64,000 nt of DNA from an uncultured Alphaproteobacteria bacterium (GTDB lineage Bacteria; Pseudomonadota; Alphaproteobacteria; Rhizobiales; Beijerinckiaceae). Both the position numbers and the translations under genes were made by a program. The stretch is taken from positions 998,557 to 1,062,556 of the forward strand of contig CAWAIS010000002.1 in the NCBI GenBank assembly GCA_963782255.1, read 5' to 3'. Under the pieces are notes generated by a model. That model made no database searches. It was not told the origin of the DNA and saw only the letters and a program-made list of their open reading frames with translations. Below are positions 46,524-57,325 of the stretch, piece after piece (position 1 is the first letter of the stretch; each line of letters opens with the position of its first letter).

Positions 46524-49510
46524 CGCAAGAGGCCTTGCGCCTTCAATTCACGCAGCGCTTCGGCGTCGCGCGGGCTGACGTCGGGGAAGTCTGGCGAAGC
46601 GGTTAGGGCGTCGAAATAGCGCCAGGAGCGGGCGCATTTCATCCCCTTCGCCCGTTCGACGACCACGGCCACGCTCGGCAGTTCGGCAAGCCGAAAAGCC
46701 TCGTCCGGAGCCTCAGCCCCGGTTTCGATCACGATATCGGACGTGATGGACACTTCCGCAAAGTCGACGCCGCGGAGCGCGTCGATATGCTTCGGGTCGC
46801 TGACGTAGACGCGCGGCGCCGCCTCGAGCGACGAGCCGATCTCCTTGTTGGCTCTCGCGATCTCAATCGCTCCGGTGACGACGAGGCGCAAGGCGCGGAT
46901 CGTTTCCCACCTCCTGGCCAGCGGCTCGTCCCGCCACTCCGGAGGGATCGCCGGGAACTGCTCCAGGTGGACCGATCGGCTGGCGGGGTCTCGGGAGGCC
47001 CAGGCTTCTTCGGTGGTGAAAACCAGCACAGGCGCGAGCCAGATCGTCACCGCGCGCAGGATGTGGTCGATCGTCTCCAGAGCGCCGCGCCGTTTGAGGC
47101 TCGAGGGCGGGTCGCAGTAGAGAGCATCCTTGCGAATGTCGAAATAGAACGCGGAAAGATCCGAGTTCATGAAGGCCGACAGCGCCGCGACCACGCGCGC
47201 ATAATCGAACTGCGCATAAGCCTCCCGGACGATCGCATCGAGTTCAAAAACCTTGTGCAGCATCAGCCGCTCGAGCCCGCCCATCGCGCCGAGGCCGACC
47301 GCGTCCCCGGGCCGATAGTGGGCGAGCGTCCCCAGCATCCATCGGATCGTGTTGCGCAGCTTGCGATAATTGTCGCCGACCGCCTTCAGGATTTCCGGGC
47401 CGATGCGCTGATCGTCGGAATAGTCCACGCTCGCAACCCAGAGCCGAAGAATATCGGCGCCGGAGGTGCGAATGACGTCCTGCGGGAAGGTCTGGTTGCC
47501 GAGCGACTTCGACATTTTCCGGCCCTTCTCGTCGAGCGTGAAGCCGTGCGTCAGCACGATGTCGAAGGGAGCGCGTCCGCGGGTGCCGCAGCTTTCGAGC
47601 AGCGACGACTGAAACCAGCCGCGGTGCTGGTCGGAGCCTTCGAGATACATGACCTCGTCAGGGCCTCCGTCCACGACGCGCCTGATGCCGGCGAGACCAG
47701 GAAAGTTCTTGGCGTCCTCGAGGACGAAGGCGTGGGTCGACCCGGAATCGAACCACACTTCGACCAGGTTGTCGATCTTGTCGTAATCGTCCGGATCGTG
47801 ACCCTTACCGAGAAACCGCTCCTTCGCGCCCTCGGCGAACCAGGCGTCAGCGCCCTCTTTTTCAAAGGCGTCGGCGATCCGGTTGTTCACCTCCTCGTCG
47901 AACAGGATCTCATGACCCCCTTTACGCACGAAGATCGCGAGCGGCACGCCCCAGGCGCGCTGACGCGAGAGGACCCAGTCGGGCTTGCTGAGCACCATGC
48001 CCTTGATCCGGTTTTCGCCGACGGCGGGAACCCAGCGTGTTTCTTCGATCGAGCGTAGTGCCCGATTCCGCAATGTATCCGGACCATTCAGTGTCAACCT
48101 CCCAGGTCCGCCGCCCCAAGTGACTTGCCCTTGGGTAATAGGGCGGTCCATCGCGAGAAACCATTGCGGCGTGTTGCGGAAGATGACCGGCTTCTTCGAT
48201 CGCCAGCTGTGCGGATACTGATGCTTGAGCTTCCCGCGGGCGATGAGCGCGTGCGCTTCGATCAGGGCCTCGATGACGGCGTCCTTCGCGTCGCCCTTCT
48301 CGCCCTTGTCGGTGATGACGCGCTTGCCTTCAAACCCGGGGGCTTCTTCGGTGAACGCCCCGTCTTCGTCGACAGGATAGGGAATGCGCGTGTCGATTCC
48401 GCGCTCGCTAAGATGCCGGCTGCTGGCGGTCCAAAGCTCGAAGTCCTCGCGTCCATGACTGGGCGCGGTGTGGACGAAACCGGTTCCGGCCTCCTCGGTG
48501 ACATGGTCGCCCGGAAGCAGGGGAACCACGAAGCCGTAGCCCAGACGATGCAGCGGATGCAGGCAGGTCATCCCGGCTAAGGTTTCCGCGTCGATCTCGC
48601 CGAGGAAGTCGAAGCGCGTCACTCTCGCGGCGCTGAGGGCGCTTTCCGCCAGCGACTGCGCGAGGATATAGATCGCTCCGACCTTGGCCCAATTGTCGGC
48701 GGACAACTCCGTCACACGATACCGGCCGTAGGCGATGCGGCGGGAAAAGGCGATCGCCCGGTTGCCGGGAATCGTCCATGGCGTCGTGGTCCAGATCACG
48801 ACCGAGGCGTCGTCTCCCTGGACGGGAAACGCCACATAGACGGTGTCGCTGGTGTAATCCTCATATTCGATTTCGGCTTCGGCCAGCGCGGTCTTTTCGA
48901 CGACGCTCCACATGACCGGCTTCGAGCCGCGATAGAGGAGCCCGTTGGCGACGAACTTGAAGACCTCCCGGGCGATCTGCGCCTCGGCCGGATAGCTCAT
49001 CGTCGTATAGGGATGATCCCAATCGCCGATCACTCCGAGCCGCTTGAACTGCTCCCGCTGGACGTTGATCCAATGCTCGGCGTAGGCGCGGCATTCCCGG
49101 CGAAAGGCGATGACCGCGGCAGGATCGGAGAGATCCGGCTTCGTCTTGCCCTTCTTGCGGTAGAATTCCTCCTCGACCTTCCATTCGATCGGCAGCCCAT
49201 GACAATCCCAGCCGGGGACGTAGTTGGACTCCTTGCCCGCCATCTGGTGCGAGCGGACCACCAGGTCCTTGAGGATCTTGTTGAGCGCGGTCCCGATATG
49301 GATTTCGCCGTTGGCGTAGGGCGGCCCATCGTGGAGCACGAATTTCGGCCTTCCCTCGCCGCTTTCGCGCAAGGCGCGATAAAGGCCGTCGCGCGCCCAG
49401 CGGGCCAGGATCTCCGGCTCCTTCTGCGGCAGGCCGGCGCGCATCGGAAAATCCGTTTTCGGCAGAAAGAGCGTCTTCGAGTAATCGAATGTGCCGGACA
49501 CGTCGTTCAT
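46520..49510 (-). CDS. ileS: Isoleucine--tRNA ligase
   Basis: 996 aa. [19 protein letters not shown] (HIGH region) and KMSKS ([10 protein letters not shown]). Confidence 0.97.
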   Translation of the reverse strand: MNDVSGTFDYSKTLFLPKTDFPMRAGLPQKEPEILARWARDGLYRALRESGEGRPKFVLHDGPPYANGEIHIGTALNKILKDLVVRSHQMAGKESNYVPGWDCHGLPIEWKVEEEFYRKKGKTKPDLSDPAAVIAFRRECRAYAEHWINVQREQFKRLGVIGDWDHPYTTMSYPAEAQIAREVFKFVANGLLYRGSKPVMWSVVEKTALAEAEIEYEDYTSDTVYVAFPVQGDDASVVIWTTTPWTIPGNRAIAFSRRIAYGRYRVTELSADNWAKVGAIYILAQSLAESALSAARVTRFDFLGEIDAETLAGMTCLHPLHRLGYGFVVPLLPGDHVTEEAGTGFVHTAPSHGREDFELWTASSRHLSERGIDTRIPYPVDEDGAFTEEAPGFEGKRVITDKGEKGDAKDAVIEALIEAHALIARGKLKHQYPHSWRSKKPVIFRNTPQWFLAMDRPITQGQVTWGGGPGRLTLNGPDTLRNRALRSIEETRWVPAVGENRIKGMVLSKPDWVLSRQRAWGVPLAIFVRKGGHEILFDEEVNNRIADAFEKEGADAWFAEGAKERFLGKGHDPDDYDKIDNLVEVWFDSGSTHAFVLEDAKNFPGLAGIRRVVDGGPDEVMYLEGSDQHRGWFQSSLLESCGTRGRAPFDIVLTHGFTLDEKGRKMSKSLGNQTFPQDVIRTSGADILRLWVASVDYSDDQRIGPEILKAVGDNYRKLRNTIRWMLGTLAHYRPGDAVGLGAMGGLERLMLHKVFELDAIVREAYAQFDYARVVAALSAFMNSDLSAFYFDIRKDALYCDPPSSLKRRGALETIDHILRAVTIWLAPVLVFTTEEAWASRDPASRSVHLEQFPAIPPEWRDEPLARRWETIRALRLVVTGAIEIARANKEIGSSLEAAPRVYVSDPKHIDALRGVDFAEVSITSDIVIETGAEAPDEAFRLAELPSVAVVVERAKGMKCARSWRYFDALTASPDFPDVSPRDAEALRELKAQGLLR

Positions 49511-49589
49511 TTTGTCAGTGGGATGGAGTTCAAAGGGGCGAAGTCCCGCGAGGGATTAGAGGATTTGGCGCGAATCGCCAAACGCCGCT

Positions 49590-50543
49590 TCAAGGGACCT
49601 CGCCCAGGATCGAGCGAGCGCGCTCCTTATCACGTTCCATTTCCGCCGCCAGCAGGGAAAGCGAGTCGAATTTGCGCTCCTCGCGAATTCGCTCGACGAA
49701 CTCGACCTCGATTTCGCGTCCGTAGAGATCGCCGTCAAAGTCGAGGAGATGAATCTCGAGCAGCGGCGGTCCGTTGTCGACCGTCGGCCGGACGCCGAAG
49801 CTCGCGACCGCGGGATGCGCTTCGCCGTCAACGATCGCCCGCACCGCATAAACGCCATGCGCGAGCCGATTGGTCGGGGCGAACTCGATGTTGGCGGTGG
49901 GAACGCCGAGCGTGCGGCCGAGTCGCTGTCCCGGAATGACCCGGCCGGACACCGCATAGCGGCGTCCAAGCCCATGCGCCGCGGCGACGACGTCGCCTCG
50001 CTCGAGCGCGCGCCGGATCGCGGTCGATGACACGACGCGCGCGGATTCTCCTGAACCTTCTTCGACCTTGGCGATAATCTCGACCGCAAAGCCGTAACGC
50101 GAACCGGCGTCGGCGAGAAAAGCGGGAGTTCCGGATCGGCCTTTGCCAAAATGAAAATCCCAGCCGACGACGATGGCGCCGACGGCCAGTCGTGAGACGA
50201 GAATATTGGCGACGAACTCTTCCGCGGTCATGGAGGCCAAGGCCGCGTCGAACGACATGATGACGACGCCTGTCAGCCCGAGACAGGCGGAGATGCGGGC
50301 TTTCATGTCGCGCGGCGTCAGCCGGAACGCGACCGGCCGCTCGGCGAAATAGTCGGCGGGGTGCGGCTCGAAAGTCAGAAGGGCGCTGGGCGCGTTGCGC
50401 TTCGCCGCCAATGCCACTGTGCGCCGGATAACCGCCTGGTGCCCGAGATGCAGCCCGTCGAAGTTTCCGATCGCATAGACGCCGCCCTTCAGCCCCGGTG
50501 GAGGAAGCATCGGGTCCGTGGCGAGCACGAAGCCGTTGGTCAT
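49590..50543 (-). CDS. ribF: Bifunctional riboflavin kinase / FMN adenylyltransferase
   Basis: 317 aa. GNFDGLHLGHQAVI, GVPTANI and the C-terminal RFDS-type tail (REERKFDSLSLL). Confidence 0.93.
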   Translation of the reverse strand: MTNGFVLATDPMLPPPGLKGGVYAIGNFDGLHLGHQAVIRRTVALAAKRNAPSALLTFEPHPADYFAERPVAFRLTPRDMKARISACLGLTGVVIMSFDAALASMTAEEFVANILVSRLAVGAIVVGWDFHFGKGRSGTPAFLADAGSRYGFAVEIIAKVEEGSGESARVVSSTAIRRALERGDVVAAAHGLGRRYAVSGRVIPGQRLGRTLGVPTANIEFAPTNRLAHGVYAVRAIVDGEAHPAVASFGVRPTVDNGPPLLEIHLLDFDGDLYGREIEVEFVERIREERKFDSLSLLAAEMERDKERARSILGEVP

Positions 50544-50624
50544 TGCATCCTGCCAATTTCGAGGGCGCCGCGCCGCGAGCGTCCCGCTCGCACGGCCGGA
50601 AACTGCCTTGCCGCCCCCGCACGG

Positions 50625-51071
50625 TCAAGCGGTCGCTGGCCTCGGTCTCGGCGAGGGAGGAACGCTGAGAACGCCCTGGCCCTCCAGGACGAGCATGTCT
50701 CCCACGCGGCACTCGCATTGCAATCGAACGCGGCGGCCCTTTTCGGTAAGCTCGACGACTTCCACGCTGACGTCGATCACGTCGCCGATCTTCACCGGGC
50801 CGAGGAAGTTCAGGGTCTGCGAAATGTAGACGGCGCCCGGGCCGGGCAGGCGCATGCCGATCACCCCGGAGATGAGGCTCGCGGTGTAAAGTCCATGCAC
50901 AATGCGTCCGCCGAAACGCGTCTTGCGGGCAAAATGCTCGGACAGGTGGATCGGATTGTGGTCGCCCGACAGCTCGGCGAACCCAATCACGTCCTCGTTC
51001 TCGACTGTCTTTTGAATCGTTTCGCGCATGCCGACTGCGAGATCTTCGAAATAGAGAGTCCGAAAAATCAT
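50625..51071 (-). CDS. MaoC-family (R)-specific enoyl-CoA hydratase/dehydratase
   Basis: FAELSGDHNPIHL hot-dog motif. ATG at 51071 is preferred over the TTG at 51137. Confidence 0.78.
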   Translation of the reverse strand: MIFRTLYFEDLAVGMRETIQKTVENEDVIGFAELSGDHNPIHLSEHFARKTRFGGRIVHGLYTASLISGVIGMRLPGPGAVYISQTLNFLGPVKIGDVIDVSVEVVELTEKGRRVRLQCECRVGDMLVLEGQGVLSVPPSPRPRPATA

Positions 51072-51203
51072 CTCTGCGTCGCGTCCGATAAGCCGGCGCC
51101 AACCATCCGTCAGGTCGCCTCGAGCGGGTTTCTTCAAATCCGCACGATATGTTGAATGCTCCGACCGGGCAAATGGCGGCGGACGAAGGAGGCTTGCGGC
51201 CGC

Positions 51204-52118
51204 CTAGTCCCGAAGCGAGCCGATGGCGCCGACCGGCCACAGCCCATACTCGGCGCACAGACGCTGCAACTCGAGAGGATCCGCCGGCGCTTCCAACAAA
51301 TCCCCATGCAGCGCGTCGCGGTGGATCCCGTGAGTGACGAAAAGGGCGTCAATGCCCGCGCCCGCCGCGCCTGCGATGTCCGTCTTCATGCCGTCGCCGA
51401 TCGCGAGAACCCGCCGCTTGTCGACGGGCGCTCCGCGGGCGCGCTCGGCAAGCGCCAATGCGCGATTGTAGATGGGCCGATGAGGCTTGCCGGCGAAGAC
51501 GACCGAACCGCCGAGGTTTTCATAGCGGCGCGCAAGCGCGCCGGCGCAATAGACGAGCGTATCTCCCCGGTGAATGACGAGGTCGGGATTGGCGCAGATC
51601 ATCGTCATGCCTCGACCCGCGAGGACGCTAAGTTCGTCGTCATAATCGTCCGGCGTTTCGATCACGTCGTCGCGCAGCCCGGTGCACACGGCGTATCGCG
51701 CGTCCGCGATCGAGACGCGACGAGGTTCGCGACCCGCCGATTGCGCTGCAGCCTCGAACAGGCTGAGGTCGCGGGACGGTCCGATGTGGAGCACGGGATC
51801 GTCAATCCGCTCGGCGATCATCTCGATCGCGACGTCGCCCGAGGTTGCGACCGCGTCGAAGGCGTCCGGCGCGACGCCGAGCTTGAGCAACTGCCGATGG
51901 ATCGGCTGAGAAGGGCGCGGCGCGTTCGAGATCAGCACCACCGCGCCGCCACGGCGGCGAAAAGACGCAAGCGCCTCGGACGCGGCGGCGAACGAAGCCA
52001 CCCCATTGTGCAGGACGCCCCAGATGTCGCAGAGAATAGCGTCGTAACGATCAGCGATCTCGGCCAGACCGGCGATCTGCCGGATGGCCGGCGCCTGTTC
52101 ATGCAGGGTCATCGGCAA
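51204..52118 (-). CDS. HAD-superfamily subfamily IIA hydrolase (TIGR01459-like)
   Basis: ILCDIWGVLHNG (motif I) and AIGDGMKTDIAGA (motif IV). Confidence 0.85.
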   Translation of the reverse strand: MPMTLHEQAPAIRQIAGLAEIADRYDAILCDIWGVLHNGVASFAAASEALASFRRRGGAVVLISNAPRPSQPIHRQLLKLGVAPDAFDAVATSGDVAIEMIAERIDDPVLHIGPSRDLSLFEAAAQSAGREPRRVSIADARYAVCTGLRDDVIETPDDYDDELSVLAGRGMTMICANPDLVIHRGDTLVYCAGALARRYENLGGSVVFAGKPHRPIYNRALALAERARGAPVDKRRVLAIGDGMKTDIAGAAGAGIDALFVTHGIHRDALHGDLLEAPADPLELQRLCAEYGLWPVGAIGSLRD

Positions 52119-52229
52119 TCCGGCTAAGGCTGACGTCGGACCCTGTCAAGACTTGCAAGGTGGTTCAGCTTGACCGGCCTTCGGCCGGCGCGCCAAGTTC
52201 ACGGAAAACCTTAGAAAAGGGCGAACGAA

Positions 52230-52580
52230 ATGGCCGATTCGGCGCCGACGATTGCCTTCGACGATTTTCTGAAAGTCGACATCCGGGTCGGAACAGTCGT
52301 CTCGGCGGAGCCCTTTCCGCAGGCGCGCAAGCCCGCGTTCAAACTCGTCATCGATTTTGGGCCCAAAATCGGAAAAATGAAATCTTCGGCCCAGATCACG
52401 CGGCATTACCGTCCTGACGACCTCATCGGGCGACAGGTGGCGGCGGTCGTGAATTTCGCGCCGCGACAGATCGGCCCTTTCCTTTCCGAAGTCCTGACGC
52501 TGGGCTTTCCGGACGCCGCTGGGGAGGTCGTCCTGATCGCGCCCTCACATTCGGTCCCGAACGGAGGCAGACTGTTCTGA
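52230..52580 (+). CDS. tRNA-binding protein (CsaA/EMAP-domain)
   Basis: FLKVDIRVGTVVSAEPFPQARKPAFKLVIDFG...VAAVVNFAPRQIG. Confidence 0.85.
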   Translation: MADSAPTIAFDDFLKVDIRVGTVVSAEPFPQARKPAFKLVIDFGPKIGKMKSSAQITRHYRPDDLIGRQVAAVVNFAPRQIGPFLSEVLTLGFPDAAGEVVLIAPSHSVPNGGRLF

Positions 52581-52662
52581 CTTCGGCCGCTTGACGCAAC
52601 AGCGAGGGGTTCCTACCTATTTCATCCGCGGCGCGTCAGCCGCAGGAATGCTTGAGGGCGCG

Positions 52663-52986
52663 ATGTCCGATACTGCTAAAGTTACCGACGCCAGCTTTGA
52701 AACCGACGTCATCAAGTCGAACGACACGGTCGTCGTGGATTTTTGGGCGGAATGGTGTGGACCGTGCCGGATGATTGCGCCCGCGCTCGAGGAAATTGCG
52801 GCTGAGATGAAAGGCAAGATCAAGGTCGCGAAACTGAACGTCGACGAGAATCCGGCGGTCGCCGGAAAGTACGGCATCCGTTCCATTCCGACGCTCATGG
52901 TATTCAAGGGCGGCAAACAGGTGGCGACGAAAACGGGAGCCGGCCCGAAGAGCGAACTGTCGCGCTGGATCAGCGCCGCGCTTTAA
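52663..52986 (+). CDS. trxA: Thioredoxin
   Basis: ATG at 52663. VVVDFWAEWCGPCRMIAP active site, 107 aa. Confidence 0.95.
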   Translation: MSDTAKVTDASFETDVIKSNDTVVVDFWAEWCGPCRMIAPALEEIAAEMKGKIKVAKLNVDENPAVAGKYGIRSIPTLMVFKGGKQVATKTGAGPKSELSRWISAAL

Positions 52987-52992
52987 AAGGCT

Positions 52993-54381
52993 TCACGCAG
53001 GAATGCGTAGCGCCGCTCTGAGGCCCCCCATCGGGCTGTCGGACAGCGTGATGTCGCCCCCGTGCGATCGGGCGATGTCGCGGGCGATCGCTAAGCCGAG
53101 CCCTGCGCCTCCTTCGTCCCGATTGCGCGATTCGTCCAGGCGATAGAACGGGCGGAAAACGTCTTCGCGGTGCGCGGCCGGTATGCCGATGCCGTCATCG
53201 TCGATGAACACCGAGACGAACTGGGTCTCTCGCCGCGCGACAATCCGGACATGGTCGGCGTAGCGTTGCGCATTCGAGACCAGGTTGCCGATGCAGCGCT
53301 TCATCGCCATCGGCCGGACGCGGATGTCGAGATCTCCCTTCGTCTCAAGGTTGATCTCGGCGCCGTGCCGCTCAGCGTCGGCGCGCAGATCCTCGAGCAG
53401 CGCTCCGATATCGGTCGGCATCGTGGATTCGCTCATGTCGCCGCGGGCGAAGGCGAGGTATCCTTCGAGAATCTGCCCCATTTCGTCAACGTCCTTTTGC
53501 AGGAGTTCGCTATCCGCAGAACTATCGAGAAGGGCGAGCGAAAGCTTGAAGCGGGTCAGAATCGTGCGCAGGTCGTGACTGACGCCGTTGAGCATGGCGG
53601 TGCGTTGTTCGGTCGCGCGCTCGATGCGACGTTTCATTTCGATGAAGGCGTGACCGGCCTGTCGCACTTCGCGCGCCCCATGCGGATTGAATTCGGGATC
53701 GCGGCCCTTGCCGAAGTCCTCCGCCGCGCGCGCGAGCCGCAAGATCGGCCGGATCTGATTGCGCAGGAAGATGACCGCCACCGCCAACAAAAGGAGCATG
53801 GCCGCGAGCATCCACAGCACAAAAATGTGCGCGTTCGCCTCATACGCAAGAGAGCGCCGCGTCACCAGCCGGAGCACCCGGTCGCCGAGGTCGACGCGAA
53901 TCTCCATCAACCCGGAGCGGCCGACCGTGTCGATCCAGAAGGGCTCGGTGATCCGCGTCTTTATTTCGCTGGGCAGGGTGCGGGTCAGCGGGTCCAATGC
54001 GTCGAAAAACGACTTCGGCATGGCGGGGGGCAAAGGCTCCGCCGGCAATAGCGTTGCATCCATACGGAAGCGCTCGGAGGCGAGCGTGGCCAGGAATTCG
54101 TCGTCCTGGCCCGGCGGAAGCTTTCGATAGAGGTCCGTCAGGGCGCCGACGTCCCGCGCCACGGCCTCTGACAAGCGCCGCGTAACCAGTTCCCAGTGAT
54201 GCTGCATGAAGACGAACGTGACCGCGGTCTGCAGGAGGACCATCGGCAGGATGACGATGAGCAGAGAGCGCTTGTAGAGGCCCTTCGGCAACATCTCCGC
54301 GAGCGCCCGCGCTCCGCGCCTCCACAGATCCCGTCCGCGCGCCAGCGCCCGCAAGGTTCGGAAGGAAGGCCGCGCGTTCAT
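52993..54381 (-). CDS. EnvZ-like sensor histidine kinase (two TM helices, HAMP, HisKA, HATPase)
   Basis: 462 aa. H-box NGVSHDLRTILT, N-box GNLVSNAQRYA, G-boxes DDDGIGIP and GGAGLGLAIA. Confidence 0.9.
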   Translation of the reverse strand: MNARPSFRTLRALARGRDLWRRGARALAEMLPKGLYKRSLLIVILPMVLLQTAVTFVFMQHHWELVTRRLSEAVARDVGALTDLYRKLPPGQDDEFLATLASERFRMDATLLPAEPLPPAMPKSFFDALDPLTRTLPSEIKTRITEPFWIDTVGRSGLMEIRVDLGDRVLRLVTRRSLAYEANAHIFVLWMLAAMLLLLAVAVIFLRNQIRPILRLARAAEDFGKGRDPEFNPHGAREVRQAGHAFIEMKRRIERATEQRTAMLNGVSHDLRTILTRFKLSLALLDSSADSELLQKDVDEMGQILEGYLAFARGDMSESTMPTDIGALLEDLRADAERHGAEINLETKGDLDIRVRPMAMKRCIGNLVSNAQRYADHVRIVARRETQFVSVFIDDDGIGIPAAHREDVFRPFYRLDESRNRDEGGAGLGLAIARDIARSHGGDITLSDSPMGGLRAALRIPA

Positions 54382-55085
54382 CCGTCGGCGATCAACCGGT
54401 AACCGGCCCCTCGGGCGGTCTGAAGGTAGGCCGGATTCGCCGGGTCCTTCTCGATCTTGCGCCTGAGCCGATTGATAAGCACGTCGACCGTGCGTTCCTG
54501 CGCCGCACCGCCCGAGCCCGACAGCGCTTCGCGGGAGACGCTCGAGCCGGCGTTGGCGCAGAGAAGGCGGAGCATTTCGCGCTCGCGCTCGGTGATCCGC
54601 ACGATCTCCTCGCCCGCTCGCAATTCCCCGCGTTCCAAGGAGAAGGTGAACGGGCCGAAGCGCACGACGGCGGTTTCCGGCTTGCCGACGGCCGCAGCCC
54701 GCGTGCGACGCAACACGGAGCCGATCCTCAGGAGCAGTTCGCGGGGCTCGAAGGGCTTGGACAGATAATCGTCGACGCCGATTTCGAGGCCGCGCACCCG
54801 GTCCTCAGGGTCGCCGCGCGCCGTGAGCATCAGGATGGGAACCTCCGACCGCCTGCGCAGGTCCACCGCGAAGTCGAATCCGCTTTCGCCGGGCATCATG
54901 ACGTCGAGCACGATGATGTCGAAGGCGAGTCCGTCCAGGAACGCCCGCGCTTCGGCGGCCGTGGCGGCGACGGTGACCCGATGCCCGTGCTTCGAGAGGT
55001 AGCTCAAGAGCAGCGCGCGTAACCGCCGGTCGTCGTCGACGACCAGGACATGGGCGGCGTCGTCTTCCGGCGCGTTCAGCGTCAA
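54378..55085 (-). CDS. OmpR-family response regulator
   Basis: TTG start at 55085 overlapping the MarR stop. VLVVDDD...IIVLDVMMPGESG...SKPF receiver plus a winged-helix output (TVDVLINRLRRKIE...GAGYRL). Its stop overlaps the HK start (ATGA). Confidence 0.88.
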   Translation of the reverse strand: MTLNAPEDDAAHVLVVDDDRRLRALLLSYLSKHGHRVTVAATAAEARAFLDGLAFDIIVLDVMMPGESGFDFAVDLRRRSEVPILMLTARGDPEDRVRGLEIGVDDYLSKPFEPRELLLRIGSVLRRTRAAAVGKPETAVVRFGPFTFSLERGELRAGEEIVRITEREREMLRLLCANAGSSVSREALSGSGGAAQERTVDVLINRLRRKIEKDPANPAYLQTARGAGYRLIADG

Positions 55086-55627
55086 AACGGTCGCGCTCCG
55101 ACGATGGGTTCGTCGTCGTCTGCAGGCAAGCTTGCGGCGCTCGGGCTGGTTTCGGGATCGATCATGGCGCGCAGAAATGTGGTCGCGTATTCGGCGCCGG
55201 GGTCGCCCATCTTTTCCAGCGCCGAGGCGAAGCGGCGGGTTTGCGCCTGGGCGAGGCGGAGCGCGAGCCGCTCGCCCTCCGGCATTGCGAACAGCTGCCG
55301 ACGGCGCCGATCGAGCGCGCCTGCCCGGGTTTCGATGAAACACTTGTCCACGAGCTCGCGCAGGACGCGATTTAGGCTTTGCTTCGTGATGCGAAGGATC
55401 TCGAGCAGCTCCGCGATCGTGAGACCCGGCCTGCGCGTGACAAAATGCAGGACGCGGTGGTGCGCCCGGCCAAAACCATAAGCTTCCAGCAATCGATCCG
55501 CGTCCCCGACGAAGTCCCGATAGGCGAAAAAGAGCAATTCGATCAATTCGTACATCGGCGCGTCTTCCGCGCGGCTGCACGGCGCGAGGTCGGCTTTCAC
55601 AGCTTCGGACGGCATCGAGACGCTCAT
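55082..55627 (-). CDS. MarR-family transcriptional regulator (PetP-like position upstream of an OmpR-type regulator)
   Basis: HHRVLHFVTRRPGLTIAELLEILRITKQSLNRVLRELVDKCFIE is a winged HTH. The start at 55627 (ATG) is chosen by context; other in-frame starts exist. Confidence 0.75.
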   Translation of the reverse strand: MSVSMPSEAVKADLAPCSRAEDAPMYELIELLFFAYRDFVGDADRLLEAYGFGRAHHRVLHFVTRRPGLTIAELLEILRITKQSLNRVLRELVDKCFIETRAGALDRRRRQLFAMPEGERLALRLAQAQTRRFASALEKMGDPGAEYATTFLRAMIDPETSPSAASLPADDDEPIVGARPF

Positions 55628-55736
55628 TAGGTCAGCAATGTTGACATAATTTGAAGCTTCTGCTATCGAACGGCACCTTGCATGTAAACCCAAACGCGCC
55701 AAATCCAAACCAACACGCTCCAAAGAGGAAAGCGCC

Positions 55737-56624
55737 ATGGCGAGCCAGACATTTGACGACCGCGACGGATGGATCTGGCTCGACGGCCGGATGATCGCGT
55801 GGCGCGACGCCAAGGTCCATATCCTGACCCACGCCCTCCATTACGCGAGCGCGGTGTTCGAGGGCGAGCGCGCCTACGGCGGCAAGATCTTCAAGTCTGC
55901 CGAGCATTCACGACGTCTGCGCAACTCGGGGGAGATCCTCGACTTCGAAATCCCCTGGACCGTCGATGAGATCGATGCGTCCAAGGCCGAGGTCCTGCGG
56001 CGCAACAACTTCGCCGACGCCTACGTGCGCGCCATCGCCTGGCGCGGGTCGGAGATGATGGGGGTTTCGGCGCAACACAACACGATTCATCTTGGCGTCG
56101 CCGCGTGGGTTTGGCCGAGCTATTTCGACCCCGCGCAGCGAATGAAGGGGATTCGCCTGGACATGGCCGAGTACCGGCGGCCCGATCCGGCGACCGCGCC
56201 TTGCCTCGCCAAGGCGGCGGGGCTCTACATGATCTGCACGATCTCCAAGCACCGCGCGGAACGCCGCGGCTATGCCGACGCGTTGATGCTGGACTGGCAG
56301 GGCCGGGTCGCCGAATGCACGGGCGCGAACGTTTTTTTCGTCAAGGAGGGAACTATCCATACGCCGATCGCCGACTGCTTCCTCGCGGGGATCACCCGGG
56401 CCACCGTCATCGACCTTGCGCGCCGCCGCGGCTTCGAAGTCATCGAGCGTCGCATGATGCCGGGCGAGCTTGGCGATTTCAGCGAATGCTTCATCACCGG
56501 CACGGCGGCCGAAGTGACGCCGGTCGGCGAGATCGGCCCCCATCACTACAAGCCGGGGGCCATCACGGCGACGCTGATCGACGCATACACCGAGGAAGTG
56601 AAGCCGAAGACTCAGGCCGCCTGA
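55737..56624 (+). CDS. ilvE: Branched-chain amino acid aminotransferase
   Basis: 295 aa. HALHYASAVFEGERAY and the ECTGANVFFV pattern (class IV aminotransferase). Confidence 0.93.
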   Translation: MASQTFDDRDGWIWLDGRMIAWRDAKVHILTHALHYASAVFEGERAYGGKIFKSAEHSRRLRNSGEILDFEIPWTVDEIDASKAEVLRRNNFADAYVRAIAWRGSEMMGVSAQHNTIHLGVAAWVWPSYFDPAQRMKGIRLDMAEYRRPDPATAPCLAKAAGLYMICTISKHRAERRGYADALMLDWQGRVAECTGANVFFVKEGTIHTPIADCFLAGITRATVIDLARRRGFEVIERRMMPGELGDFSECFITGTAAEVTPVGEIGPHHYKPGAITATLIDAYTEEVKPKTQAA

Positions 56625-56983
56625 AAGCGGTCCTTCATCCCATAGGACGGGCCTGGAGGCGTCGCGCGAGCATCGCGGCGTTTGCCATCGCGCCCAAGGC
56701 GAAAACGCATCGCCGCATGGAACGCTCTTTCGTCTTTCCCGTTTAGCGGACGCAACTCGCAAGTCCCGTCCGGGCTCGCGAACGACGCTGGAAGACGATC
56801 CTTTGAGCTGGCCAACGATCTTGAGCGGAGCGTGCGCCGTGGCGCTCCTGACGCTGGGCTTCGCCGTGATCGCCCCGATCGGCGGGGGCCTCGATGGGCT
56901 GTGCGACATGGCCGGCGTCGCCTCCGCGGTGGTCTTCGTCGGATTGGTCGACGGGGCGTGAAGCACAGCGCCGGACCGGTAAA

Positions 56984-57127
56984 TCACGACCCCCAGTGAG
57001 ACGCGACGACGGCGCCCGTCATCAGGGTCAGGATAAAGAAAATGAGGCCGACCATGCTGCCCCAGCGGTAGCTCACTCCCGCCGTGACGAACACGAGACC
57101 CCAAAAGAAGATGGCAATGATCTTCAT
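56984..57127 (-). CDS. Possible 47-aa hydrophobic peptide
   Basis: MKIIAIFFWGLVFVTAGVSYRWGSMVGLIFFILTLMTGAVVASHWGS has two predicted helices. It is below the ORF-track size cutoff, has no clear RBS, and no family was recognised. Confidence 0.3.
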   Translation of the reverse strand: MKIIAIFFWGLVFVTAGVSYRWGSMVGLIFFILTLMTGAVVASHWGS

Positions 57128-57325
57128 CGGCTCGGGTTTCAGGCGATTCGCCGATCGCCGGGGTCCCTATCCGCGAAGCGCGCATAAAATATCGAGAGGG
57201 CATGCGGCCCCGCGCTGTAAGGATTTTTGCAAGGGCAAGCGGCGCATTGGCCCGACACAGAAAACGAGGGATGGCCTTTCGCGCCCGCCTCGATTAGATC
57301 AGGCGCGTTCATTTCTGGAACCGCC

